Below, one piece after another: positions 18,749 to 27,990 of a DNA stretch of 64,000 nt (within the stretch, counting starts at the first letter, position 1; every line of letters begins with the position of its first letter). Location: the NCBI GenBank assembly GCA_963692915.1, contig OY843584.1, positions 32,001 through 96,000 of the forward strand, read 5' to 3'. Below the pieces are notes generated by a model. The model made no database searches, was not told where the DNA came from, and saw only the letters and a program-made list of their open reading frames with translations. Source of the stretch: Cenarchaeum sp. (lineage in GTDB: Archaea > Thermoproteota > Nitrososphaeria > Nitrososphaerales > Nitrosopumilaceae). Made by a program: the position numbers and the translations under genes.

Positions 18749-19516
18749 TCAGGACTCGGAGGTCTGCTCTTTGGGAGCCTCTGCCTCGACTGAACCTGCG
18801 GCCTGTTCGGGCACTGCGGCCTCCTTGGGAGCCTCTGCCCCCTCTGCAGTGCCTACCTCGGGCGCTGCTGCCTCTGCTGCTCCCGCACTGCCATCGGCGC
18901 GCTGCAGGCCATCGGCCGCTCCGGGATCCGCCGAGCTGGTGGCGACTGCGGCGCCTGCCTCATCCTCGCCCTCCTCCACCTTTGGCCTCTCGGCCTCCTC
19001 CTTGGCGAGCCTCTTGTTTGCCTCAAGAACCTCGGCTAGCGGCGAGCCTGGCAGGAGACGCACATCGCCCTCCTCCTCTACTGTAACGGTGTACGACGGT
19101 ATGTCTACGATCCTCTCGCCGATCATGACGTGGCCATGCACCACGGCCTGGCGCGCCTGGTACGGCGTCCTAAAGTCCATCTTTTTCATCACGATGCTCT
19201 GGAGGCGGCGCGAAAGGACGTCATTGACTTGCAGGTTTAGCACGTCATCGAGGCTCGAGCCGGGCTTTACGAGACCCACCCTCTCAAGTGAGCTTATGAG
19301 TATGGGCTCGCGCTCTCCCCTGACCTCCTCGCCCAACGCGAGGAGCGATCGGGCCTGCTGCCTTAGGCGCGAGAGCTCGGTTCGGGCCTTCCACAGCTCG
19401 CGCTTTGTGCGAAGACCAAAACCGCCAAGCGTCTTTAGCTCGTCCATCTTTAGGTCATAGTTTAGTGGCCTCTTTGGCTTTCTCCAGGCCTTTCTTGGAT
19501 ATCTTGGATCGCCCAT
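18749..19516 (-). CDS. rps4: 30S ribosomal protein S4 (uS4) with acidic C-terminal tail
   Basis: MGDPRYPRKAWRKPKRP, RRLQSIV and QARQAVVHGH. Confidence 0.95.
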   Translation of the reverse strand: MGDPRYPRKAWRKPKRPLNYDLKMDELKTLGGFGLRTKRELWKARTELSRLRQQARSLLALGEEVRGEREPILISSLERVGLVKPGSSLDDVLNLQVNDVLSRRLQSIVMKKMDFRTPYQARQAVVHGHVMIGERIVDIPSYTVTVEEEGDVRLLPGSPLAEVLEANKRLAKEEAERPKVEEGEDEAGAAVATSSADPGAADGLQRADGSAGAAEAAAPEVGTAEGAEAPKEAAVPEQAAGSVEAEAPKEQTSES

Positions 19517-19522
19517 GATTCC

Positions 19523-20116
19523 CTACTCCTTTTTGGCCTCCGGCGCGGCCTTTGTATCAGTAGCCTTTGCGGCGCCCTCGGCGGCAGGCGCGGCCTCACC
19601 TGCGGCGCCCTCAGCAGCAGGCGCTGCGCCGGCGGCAGTGACGTCACTGGTCTTTGCGGGCTGGATCTTGCCTCCCTTTGCTACGCCGACTGCGCCGCCC
19701 TTGCGGCCAGTTGTGCGCGTCCGCTGCCCGCGAACCTTTAGGCCATACGTGTAGCGGTACCCGCGCCAGCTGCCAAGCGCCTTCTCCCGCTCAACATCGC
19801 CCCTCACGGTAAACTCGATATCTGATGTCAGGAGGTGCATGTCCTTGCCAGTCTCCATGTCCCTTTGGCGGTTGAGGAACCATATGGGAAATCCCGCCTT
19901 TATTGGATCCTTTATGAGCTCCTCAATCCTCGCGACATCAGCATCTGCGATCAGACCCATGCTAGTCGACGTGCTGATTCCCAGCGTGTCGAGAACCGCG
20001 AGGGCAAAGTTGCGGCCAACTCCCCTCACCTGGGTCAGGCCGACGAGTATCTTCTTGTCGCCGGGTATGTCGTTGCCGACAATCCTCACAATATGCTTGT
20101 ACTCTTGGGCACTCAA
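19523..20116 (-). CDS. rps13: 30S ribosomal protein S13 (uS13)
   Basis: [20 protein letters not shown] and [14 protein letters not shown]. Confidence 0.95.
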   Translation of the reverse strand: MSAQEYKHIVRIVGNDIPGDKKILVGLTQVRGVGRNFALAVLDTLGISTSTSMGLIADADVARIEELIKDPIKAGFPIWFLNRQRDMETGKDMHLLTSDIEFTVRGDVEREKALGSWRGYRYTYGLKVRGQRTRTTGRKGGAVGVAKGGKIQPAKTSDVTAAGAAPAAEGAAGEAAPAAEGAAKATDTKAAPEAKKE

Positions 20117-20171
20117 GCGTGCGCACGTCCACGCGACCCGTTAAAAACCCTACCGGGGGGTCGTGGCTAGA

Positions 20172-20265
20172 TGGTAGCCCGGCCCAGATTCGAACTGGGG
20201 TCGAGGGCTCCAAAGGCCCCCATGCTTGACCACTACACTCGGCGGAATCTATCCTCTACCGGGCT
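20172..20265 (-). tRNA. tRNA-Gln(TTG) with 18-nt non-canonical intron (20238-20255, position 10/11)
   Basis: Minus strand reads AGCCCGGTAG[AGGATAGATTCCGCCGAG]TGTAGTGGTCAAGCATG-GGGGC-CTTTGGA-GCCCT...TTCGAAT...CCGGGCT-ACCA. Confidence 0.9.
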
Positions 20266-20318
20266 GCCGGCTTGACCGGCCCTCAAAACGTCCCCCTAAA
20301 TGACATTTTCCACGCCGC

Positions 20319-21347
20319 TCAGCGCGAGATGCCCATGGCCGTGGCCAGGACGTCATATGGGTCGACCATCGACGAGCGTGCCTTCGACGCGCGAGCCTCA
20401 TGGACGGCGCGCGGCGAGGCCAAGAGCCTCCTCGCCGCTGCCCCTATGGCGCGTGCGCCGCGCGCGCGCACGGCCAGACGCGTACGCACAATGTACCTCT
20501 CATAGTAGTTTGGGACTGCATCAAAAGAGATGGTCGGCACGCCGAAGAGAGCCGCCTCTGATGTCATCGTGCCGCCCGAGCCGACAAACAGGTCGGCGTT
20601 CTCTAGGAGGTACTTGCCATCAAAGCGCATCGCCACGACGCGCACGCCATCTGGAACGCTTGCGCGAAGGCGCTCCAGCTGTGGCCTGTACCTTGCAAGG
20701 ACCACGACGCGTGCGCCCTCTATACGGCACAGCTCGCGGATCGCCGGCAGGATCGACGGCGCACCCGAGACGTATGCGGCCTCTTCCTCAACGGGTCTCA
20801 CGAGTATCATCTGTCCACCGTTTGTCGACGGGAGGATTCCGGATCGCGCCGCGCGTCGCATGACCGTCTGTGCCCCGTCTATTGCCTTGTACTGTATGAC
20901 ATCGCGCGGTGCTATTCCAAATCGCACTAGCTCGCGCTTTGGTATGACCCACGGGATCATGACCTTGTGCAGGAGCGGCACGGTCAGGCGCATCGCAGCC
21001 GTGGCGTGTGGCGCATCAGTGAACGCATAGTGCCTTACGCCAAGTCCAAAGGAGACGCGCGCAGCCTCCGGCGAGCAACAGCTGACCGTAGCCTCTGGCG
21101 CAAACTTGCTGACCGGATCAAAGAGGAGTCGCATCCTCTCGGTGCTCGCTAGAAGCTTTTGTGCCCTGTCGGCTCCCCCGTGCCTGCCGACTATGCGCAT
21201 GCCAAACCCGCGAATCCTGGCCAGGCCCGTGGCCTGGTCATAGCGCCTTGACGTGCAGAGAACCCTGTGGCGCCTTTTCAGCCTCCTGACCATGGGCTCA
21301 AAGAACACCACCTGCTTTGGCGTGAGCACGTCAAACCAGATCCTCAA
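20319..21347 (-). CDS. DUF354 family protein (GT-B-like)
   Basis: MRIWFDVLTPKQ-x2-FF, SPEAARVSFGLG and GGTMT-EAALFGVPTIS. Confidence 0.85.
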   Translation of the reverse strand: MRIWFDVLTPKQVVFFEPMVRRLKRRHRVLCTSRRYDQATGLARIRGFGMRIVGRHGGADRAQKLLASTERMRLLFDPVSKFAPEATVSCCSPEAARVSFGLGVRHYAFTDAPHATAAMRLTVPLLHKVMIPWVIPKRELVRFGIAPRDVIQYKAIDGAQTVMRRAARSGILPSTNGGQMILVRPVEEEAAYVSGAPSILPAIRELCRIEGARVVVLARYRPQLERLRASVPDGVRVVAMRFDGKYLLENADLFVGSGGTMTSEAALFGVPTISFDAVPNYYERYIVRTRLAVRARGARAIGAAARRLLASPRAVHEARASKARSSMVDPYDVLATAMGISR

Positions 21348-21412
21348 TGTGCGGCGGATACATCACCGCATTTAAATAAGTTTTTTTGGGCGGCGCACCG
21401 AGGGGTGCGTGA

Positions 21413-22543
21413 TTGGCAAAGACGAAGGTTGTAGTGTATGGGCTGAGCACCGAGGGCTACTCGGTTGCGTGCCGCATGGCCCTCGCCGGCGGCACAGTCA
21501 GCATAATAGACGAGGCGACGCCATCGGCGATACCACTCACGCCAGAGATCGCCAAGACGTACCCTACGGTTGGGGCGATCGCCGAGGATGAGCCCATACT
21601 CACGACGACGCCAGTTGACGAGACGATAGCAGACGCGGACTATCTCTTTTTTGGACCACAGATGCGCAAGTCTGGCCAGGACACAAGGACCGAGCTGAGC
21701 TCAAAGTTCAAGGATGCGGCATCGGCGATGGGCAAGGGAACGTCGTTTGTCTATTGCGCCCCAACGGGTATTGGCGGAAACAATGAGAACATATCGCTCC
21801 TAGAACACATGACAGGTCACGAAGCGGGTCACTCGATGTCCTACTTTTACTGTCCGCTCGGGGAGGCCGGAAGGGTGCCTGAAGTGATTGGCTCGTACAC
21901 CACCAAGGCCGACACGCGCCTTGATGCGCTCCTGTCGACCAAACAGGGCGCGCCACGGCAGGTGGCGCTTGGGGCGTCTGAGCGGTTTTACGCAGTTGGC
22001 GTCCTGTCGCGATTTGCGCGAATGTGCAGCGTGCTAGAGGTGTGCCGCAACGTGCAAGACGACGAGACGCGCAGCGCACTGGCCACCGACGAGGTAAGCT
22101 CGCTATATCTCCATAACATGATGGGCGAGATGTACGACCTCCGATCGCTGTCATCCTCCTTTGAGGGGGCCGGCACGCTTGCATACCTTGTCAACGGCGG
22201 CATAAAGGGAATCGAGGGATACATCAAACGCCTGACAGGAGAGGTTCGCGCTACGCTAAAGAGGAGGGAGCTAAAGGCTGCACGCACTAGGGTTGCCATA
22301 TCGTGGACGCTTGACAAGCACGAGATGCGCGGCGAGCGCATGGACACGCGCATGCACCTGGTGTCGCGCCTGCGTGACTATATCGGAGATGTCGGACTGC
22401 TCGGGGACTCGACTCCTGACGTGTTTGACAGCGACAAGACGCTCATCGTCATTGCATGCTCAGAGCGCGACACAAGGGACATTCCCAAAAATGATGGCGA
22501 GACCATAATCATAAGGGCAAACCCGCTATTTGAGTCCAGCTGA
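21413..22543 (+). CDS. Conserved thaumarchaeal hypothetical protein (nucleotide-sugar-dehydrogenase-like N-terminus)
   Basis: 376-aa ORF with host codon use and a Rossmann-like start (KVVVYGLSTEGY). TTTAAATA box upstream. Confidence 0.6.
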   Translation: MAKTKVVVYGLSTEGYSVACRMALAGGTVSIIDEATPSAIPLTPEIAKTYPTVGAIAEDEPILTTTPVDETIADADYLFFGPQMRKSGQDTRTELSSKFKDAASAMGKGTSFVYCAPTGIGGNNENISLLEHMTGHEAGHSMSYFYCPLGEAGRVPEVIGSYTTKADTRLDALLSTKQGAPRQVALGASERFYAVGVLSRFARMCSVLEVCRNVQDDETRSALATDEVSSLYLHNMMGEMYDLRSLSSSFEGAGTLAYLVNGGIKGIEGYIKRLTGEVRATLKRRELKAARTRVAISWTLDKHEMRGERMDTRMHLVSRLRDYIGDVGLLGDSTPDVFDSDKTLIVIACSERDTRDIPKNDGETIIIRANPLFESS

Positions 22544-22651
22544 TGACAGATGCGGTGCGTCGTATGCCAGGGAGATCCGGGAACCCGTATTTCCGGACGC
22601 ACCGTCTGCGTGCCACAAAGATATAATTATGCGTGTCTTGTGCGCAATGTC

Positions 22652-23242
22652 GTGCAAGGAGAGCCTGCTCGAGACGATGCCGAACATGGGGACTGCGCTT
22701 GCGGCGGTGAGGCCGCGCATGAAGATCCAGTGCCGGTTCATGTCGTAGAGCCAGATACGGGCGACAAGACTGTGGCCGATGCCGCCGAGGAGCCCACCGA
22801 GCCTGCCGTGAACCCGTTGGGCGCGTGCGAGGATCGCCTAAAGAGGGCAATGGCGGATCTTGAGAACATGCGACGCAGGGCGGAGAGCGACGTCTCGCTG
22901 CGCGTGGCCTCTGCTGTGGAGCCAATAATGGCCGAGCTCGTCAACATACGCGACGATCTTGCGCGCGCGCGCGACGCGTCATCAGGAGCAGACGCCTCTG
23001 GCCTTGACGGGATACTAAAGAACACCGATGCGCTCCTTGCCCGAAACGGCGTGACAGAGATCAACGCGATAGGCGAGCCATTTGACCCGCTCAAGCACGA
23101 GTCAGTGCGTCTAGTTGACGATCCCGCCCTGGATGACGGGACGGTGATGAGCGTGGCTCGCAAGGGATATATTTGCCACGGTCGCGTCCTGCGACCGTCA
23201 CTAGTGGAAGTATCAAGGAGAGTAAGTGAGAAAGATGGCTAA
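22652..23242 (+). CDS. grpE: Nucleotide exchange factor GrpE
   Basis: [18 protein letters not shown]-x2-HE and KGY-x4[10 protein letters not shown]. Start inferred from the TATAATTA box at about 22622. Confidence 0.9.
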   Translation: MQGEPARDDAEHGDCACGGEAAHEDPVPVHVVEPDTGDKTVADAAEEPTEPAVNPLGACEDRLKRAMADLENMRRRAESDVSLRVASAVEPIMAELVNIRDDLARARDASSGADASGLDGILKNTDALLARNGVTEINAIGEPFDPLKHESVRLVDDPALDDGTVMSVARKGYICHGRVLRPSLVEVSRRVSEKDG

Positions 23243-25127
23243 GATTGTGGGAATTGACCTTGGAACGAGCAACTCTGCGGCATCCGTGATGATGGGCGGC
23301 AAGCCCACGATTGTGCCAGCAGCCGAGGGCACAACTGCATACGGCAAGGCGTTCCCGTCAGTAGTCGCGTTCACCAAGGACGGGGATCTTCTCGTCGGCG
23401 AGCCGGCTAGGCGCCAGGCAGTCAGCAATCCCGATGGGACTATCGTGGCCGTCAAGAGAAAGATGGGCACCGAGGAGACGATAGCGATTCACGGCAAAGA
23501 GTACAAACCACAGCAGATATCGGCATTCATACTCCAAAAGATCAAAAAGGACACCGAGGCGTTCACGGGAGACAAGGTCGAAAAGGCCGTCATCACGGTT
23601 CCGGCGTACTTTGATGACAACCAGCGCCAGGCGACAAAAGATGCTGGCACAATAGCCGGTCTTGATGTCGTGCGCATAATCAACGAGCCCACTGCCGCAG
23701 CCCTGACGTATGGCCTTGACAAGGAAAAGCACGACCTCAAGATCATGGTCTTTGACTTTGGCGGCGGCACGCTTGACGTCACGATAATGGAGATGGGCGG
23801 CGGCGTCTTTGAGGTCATGAGCACGTCTGGTGACACAAAGATTGGGGGCACTGACATGGACAAGGCGATCATCACGTATGTCACTGACGAGTTCCGCAAA
23901 AAGGAGGGAATAGACCTCTCGACTGACACGACTGCCTCGACACGCGTGCGCGAGGCCTCCGAGAAGGCAAAGATCGAGCTCTCAAGCGTCATGGAGACTG
24001 AGATCAACCTCCCGTTCATCGCACAGGACTCATCAGGCCCCAAGAATCTCGAAGTTCGCCTCACGCGCGCAAAGCTCGAGGAGCTCATACGCCCCATAGT
24101 CGAGTCGACGCGCGCGTCCATAGAAAAGGCACTTGCCGACTCCAAACTCCAGGCCTCAGGCGTCAACAAGGTGATTATGGTCGGCGGCCCGACGAGAATC
24201 CCGCTGGTGCGAAAGTTTGTCGGCGAGGTCATGGGGCACGAGCCCGAGTCCGGCGTTGACCCGATGGAGGCCGTCGCGATGGGCGCAGCCGTGCAGGCCG
24301 GCGTCATTGCAGGTGATGTGACGAGCGACATCGTTCTCCTAGACGTCACCCCGCTTACGCTTGGGATCGAGACGGTCGGCGGCGTGCGCGAGCCGCTAAT
24401 AGAGCGTAACACGACAATCCCCACATCAAAGAGCAAGGTGTTTACGACTGCAGCGGACAACCAGACTGCCGTGACGATCCACGTGGTGCAGGGCGAGAGA
24501 CCAATGGTCGCAGACAACGTCTCGCTAGGGAGCTTTAACCTCATGGACATACCTCCCGCGCCGCGCGGCGTGCCGCAAGTCGAGGTAAAGTTTGACATTG
24601 ACGCAAACGGAATCATCAACGTGACGGCAAAAGACCTCGGCACGCAAAAGGAGGCAACGATAACGATCGAGTCGAGCACAAAGCTCTCCGATGACGAGAT
24701 AACAAAGCTGCGCGAGGATGCTGACAAGCACTCCGAGGAAGACAAGAAAAAGAAGGCGCGCGTGGACCTCAAGAACGAGGCAGAGTCGTTCATCTACACG
24801 GTCGAAAAGATGATCAACCAGGATCTCAAGGACAAGATTCCACAAGACAAGGGCGCCAAGATATCCGAGTCTATTCGCGAGCTGCGCGAGTCACTCGAAC
24901 GCGACTCTGAGGACGTGCAGGCGCGACTAGACGCGCTGCGAACCATAGTCAACGAGGTGACCACGGAGATATACAAGAATACGACCCCGCCGCCTGGCGA
25001 TGCCGGTGCGAGCGAAGCGCAGCCCAAAGGCGAGTCCGACGAGAGTGCCGGTGCGACAGCAGCTGACGCCGACAATGCAGATGACGCAGAAACTTCGCGT
25101 CCGGCCGATGGCTCTGGCTCCAAGTAG
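23235..25127 (+). CDS. dnaK: Chaperone DnaK (Hsp70)
   Basis: [32 protein letters not shown] and [19 protein letters not shown]. Confidence 0.98.
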   Translation: MAKIVGIDLGTSNSAASVMMGGKPTIVPAAEGTTAYGKAFPSVVAFTKDGDLLVGEPARRQAVSNPDGTIVAVKRKMGTEETIAIHGKEYKPQQISAFILQKIKKDTEAFTGDKVEKAVITVPAYFDDNQRQATKDAGTIAGLDVVRIINEPTAAALTYGLDKEKHDLKIMVFDFGGGTLDVTIMEMGGGVFEVMSTSGDTKIGGTDMDKAIITYVTDEFRKKEGIDLSTDTTASTRVREASEKAKIELSSVMETEINLPFIAQDSSGPKNLEVRLTRAKLEELIRPIVESTRASIEKALADSKLQASGVNKVIMVGGPTRIPLVRKFVGEVMGHEPESGVDPMEAVAMGAAVQAGVIAGDVTSDIVLLDVTPLTLGIETVGGVREPLIERNTTIPTSKSKVFTTAADNQTAVTIHVVQGERPMVADNVSLGSFNLMDIPPAPRGVPQVEVKFDIDANGIINVTAKDLGTQKEATITIESSTKLSDDEITKLREDADKHSEEDKKKKARVDLKNEAESFIYTVEKMINQDLKDKIPQDKGAKISESIRELRESLERDSEDVQARLDALRTIVNEVTTEIYKNTTPPPGDAGASEAQPKGESDESAGATAADADNADDAETSRPADGSGSK

Positions 25128-25180
25128 GCGCGCGCAGCACCAACAAAAGCGTATATACGGCAACGCGCCGGCGCTCGCGC

Positions 25181-25272
25181 AGCGGGGTGGGGAAGTCAGA
25201 CCACAACAGGGACAAGGTCATCCCGGCGGGCTCATAACCCGCAAATCAGTAGTTCAAATCTACTCCCCGCTA
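25181..25272 (+). tRNA. Initiator tRNA-Met(CAT) with 17-nt D-loop intron (25200-25216)
   Basis: A1-U72 acceptor AGCGGGG/CCCCGCT and anticodon arm GCGGG-CTCATAA-CCCGC with three G-C pairs. Insert ACCACAACAGGGACAAG lies between G18 and G19. TATATA box at about 25152. Confidence 0.9.
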
Positions 25273-26577
25273 TAAAATCCAGCCACTTGCTAGTGTGCGC
25301 GGTTGCGCACGCGTGCCGGCCGCACGGTGGGCAGGCCTTGACAGGTGCCTCTGGGCCGAGGGCAGCGCAACATGGGCCCCTGTGCGCACGGTGCGCCGAA
25401 GGGCGACTGCCTCCTTTTTGTCTGACGTCCTTCCGCAACGCGCGCACCTGTATCCCTGGCCCACGCCGGCGGACTTCATTCGCTTGCCGCACGCGGCGCA
25501 CATCTTGTTGGCCTCGCGCATCAGCCGGACCAGCCGCAAGACCTCGATCGTCTCGACGTTGAGGGTCCGCCTCCTTGACTGCACTGCGCGTCGCACGCCA
25601 CCGCCGAGGCGAACCGCATCCCCGCGCGCCAGCGCGCGCGCAACGCTGCCCAGGCCGGTGGGATGGTACACCATGCATGTGACCTTTGTGCCGCCGCATG
25701 ACACTTCGAGGCGCACATGGCCACCACTGATGTTCTCCGGATCGCCGGCGAGCGTGCCCTCTATGGTTCCTGACTCGTGCGCGCGCAGCGCGCGCGCATC
25801 TAGCGCATGAGCCAGGTGATCGCCGGTTCCCTGGTTTGAGGCAAACACCATGTGACCAAGCGGGCTCTCGCTGAGTATCTGGCCGCTTGCCACAATGATC
25901 GAGCGCGCATCCTCGCCGCGTATTCCATATAGCACGGGATCAGGGCCGTGCGGGGCTACCAGGACACGATCGCGTGCGGCGTCATAGCTGTTAAACGTCG
26001 AGGGGAACGTCCGCTCGTGCATCTCGCGCACGCTCTCCCCGTCTATGGCGCGCTCTGTGCCGACCATGTCTGGCCGCCTGTACGCGAGAAGTTCCATCGT
26101 ATAGTCACCTAGCCTGTACCCTATTGCGCTTATCGCACCGACGAGACCCTGGCCGTTCCCAAACGAGTGGCACTCTAGTCCCCAGCGTGATGCTGCGCGC
26201 CTTGCGCGCTCGCGAGGGATGACGCGCCAGATGGCCTCGTGCGCAAACTCGGAGAGCGCAGGGGGCACGGACTTGGCCTCGAGGAAGGCAAGCCCTGGGT
26301 TTGCCCCGCTGCCAGTCTCCGAGCCGTCACGGACCATCTCTATGATCTTGCGCTTTGCCCCCTGCGAGTCGTGCGTGAGAATGCTCAGGCCAACTGCGCC
26401 GTTTCCGCGCGTCTTCCACGGCACGTTTGGGTTCAGCCTGATGAGTCGCGGATATTGGGCGATCTCATCGCCGCGTGCGCGCAGCTCTCCGGCAATGCGA
26501 TATGCCAGGTATGTGGTGCACATGCCTAGCCTAGAGTCCGTGTCATCAATGCCCACCCTGAGGACGGTTCTTGCCAT
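25270..26577 (-). CDS. tiaS: tRNA(Ile2) 2-agmatinylcytidine synthetase
   Basis: GIDDTDS-x2-[42 protein letters not shown] and a C-terminal Zn ribbon. Confidence 0.93.
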   Translation of the reverse strand: MARTVLRVGIDDTDSRLGMCTTYLAYRIAGELRARGDEIAQYPRLIRLNPNVPWKTRGNGAVGLSILTHDSQGAKRKIIEMVRDGSETGSGANPGLAFLEAKSVPPALSEFAHEAIWRVIPRERARRAASRWGLECHSFGNGQGLVGAISAIGYRLGDYTMELLAYRRPDMVGTERAIDGESVREMHERTFPSTFNSYDAARDRVLVAPHGPDPVLYGIRGEDARSIIVASGQILSESPLGHMVFASNQGTGDHLAHALDARALRAHESGTIEGTLAGDPENISGGHVRLEVSCGGTKVTCMVYHPTGLGSVARALARGDAVRLGGGVRRAVQSRRRTLNVETIEVLRLVRLMREANKMCAACGKRMKSAGVGQGYRCARCGRTSDKKEAVALRRTVRTGAHVALPSAQRHLSRPAHRAAGTRAQPRTLASGWIL

Positions 26578-26683
26578 CTCTGTGCAGGGTCGCCGCCGAG
26601 CCCGGATTTTTGGATTGCCCTTGCCCCGCCATAGGCGTGCGCGTGTGGTATGTTTTTTAGGCCCAAATGGGGCCAATGTGGCA

Positions 26684-27253
26684 TTGTCAGACGTAGAGGC
26701 GCAAGCAGGGGCGACTGAGGCGACCCAGTCCCTAGAGGAGCCTGCGCCAGTTGAGGACGCTGCTGTGGCAGCCGAGGACGCCGCTGAGGATACTGTGGCA
26801 GCCGAGGATACTGCCGAGGGCGGACAGCAGGACGCCGAGAAGGCCACGGGCGCAGAGAAAAAAACAGACCGTGAAAAGTGGGCGATCGCGCACATCTTTA
26901 GCAGCTATAACAACACGATAATCCACATGACAGACCTTACGGGCGCCGAGACCGTCTCGATAAGCTCCGGCGGCAACCACGTGAACGCCGACAGGTACGA
27001 GTCCTCGCCGTTTGCGGCAATGAAGGCTGCCAACACCGTAGTTGAGGCGGCGCGCTCCAAGGGGTTCACTGCACTGCACATACGCATACGCGCAGTTGGC
27101 GGTGTGGGCTCACGCGTGCCCGGCCCCGGCGCGCAGGCGGCGATCCGCGCACTCGCGCGCGGTGGCTTCAAGATAGGACGCATAGATGACGTCACGCCAA
27201 TACCGCATGACATGACGCGCAAAAAGGGCGGCAAGCGCGGCCGGCGCGTCTAG
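26684..27253 (+). CDS. rps11: 30S ribosomal protein S11 (uS11) with acidic N-terminal extension
   Basis: [30 protein letters not shown] and DVTPIPHD-x2[11 protein letters not shown]. TTG start inferred. Confidence 0.93.
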   Translation: MSDVEAQAGATEATQSLEEPAPVEDAAVAAEDAAEDTVAAEDTAEGGQQDAEKATGAEKKTDREKWAIAHIFSSYNNTIIHMTDLTGAETVSISSGGNHVNADRYESSPFAAMKAANTVVEAARSKGFTALHIRIRAVGGVGSRVPGPGAQAAIRALARGGFKIGRIDDVTPIPHDMTRKKGGKRGRRV

Positions 27254-27561
27254 TCTGAGGCTCGCGATATCTTGCCGGTGCACCCGCGCGCCTCGAAATA
27301 GTCTGACATGAACGAGTCGAGCTTTTCGGCGTCCTTGCCGCGATAGCGCCGGATCATGTCTGCAAACTTTGCCTCTATGGCGTCAGCTAGCGTGTCATCA
27401 ATGGACAGGCTAAAGAACGTCCATCCCATGCTTGCTGACTCGGGACCAATATTGTATGCGCCTGTCGGCCCACACTTTGTGTGCATGTGCGACATTGCGC
27501 GCCGGATCGATAGCCGGTCGTCTAACCCGTTTGTCGTCTTTATGTCGTATGTTAGTGCCAT
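27250..27561 (-). CDS. Conserved thaumarchaeal hypothetical protein
   Basis: 103-aa ORF abutting its neighbours in an operon. GWTFF motif. Confidence 0.6.
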   Translation of the reverse strand: MALTYDIKTTNGLDDRLSIRRAMSHMHTKCGPTGAYNIGPESASMGWTFFSLSIDDTLADAIEAKFADMIRRYRGKDAEKLDSFMSDYFEARGCTGKISRASD

Positions 27562-27990
27562 CTAGCCCACGTCATCAGGTTGCGCCCCTGCCGTCCCCAG
27601 CTTGTCAGACAGCGAGACGAGCTTGCCGTCACTCTCCACGCTTATGCGCGTCTGCAGCCTCACGCGTATGCCGATTGTCCTGAGAAGCTCCATGAGGTCC
27701 CCGCCGCTGATCGTCTCGCGCAGCTCGCCAGACTCGATGAGCTCACCAAGCTTTGTGACCACTATGGCCATCTCGCGCGGCCACTGGGCCTCGGCGTTTT
27801 GCAGAACCTCCAGGCCGCGGTGCCCGAGGCGTCCGACTAGCGCATCGCGCGCGCTGCGTGCGGGATTTTTGGAACCGCTGCGCTCCTCAGACGGCTTTGC
27901 CTCGCTGGCAGCCTCGCGCGCGACGTTCTTGCGCATCTCGGCCATTCTCCTTGCCATGAGCGACTCTAGCTCGGCGTCCGGATCGCTCAT
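27562..27990 (-). CDS. PDCD5-related DNA-binding protein
   Basis: DAELE-x4-RRMAEM N-terminus and a helical core with TISGGDL-x2-LLR. Lies downstream of rtcB. Confidence 0.6.
   Translation of the reverse strand: MSDPDAELESLMARRMAEMRKNVAREAASEAKPSEERSGSKNPARSARDALVGRLGHRGLEVLQNAEAQWPREMAIVVTKLGELIESGELRETISGGDLMELLRTIGIRVRLQTRISVESDGKLVSLSDKLGTAGAQPDDVG

Noticed and set aside
23489-24793. 434-aa ORF antisense to dnaK, and similar long antisense ORFs opposite pepA, purB, eno and gltX
   Set aside because: Long antisense frames are expected in GC-rich coding DNA and are well known opposite hsp70. They show no protein motifs.
26219-26895. Apparent long overlap of rps11 and tiaS ORFs
   Set aside because: An artefact of longest-ORF calling. 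Motif-based starts at 26577 (-) and about 26684 (+) leave a normal divergent promoter. The same applies to the extended starts of gltX, GGPPS, purB and ABCE1.
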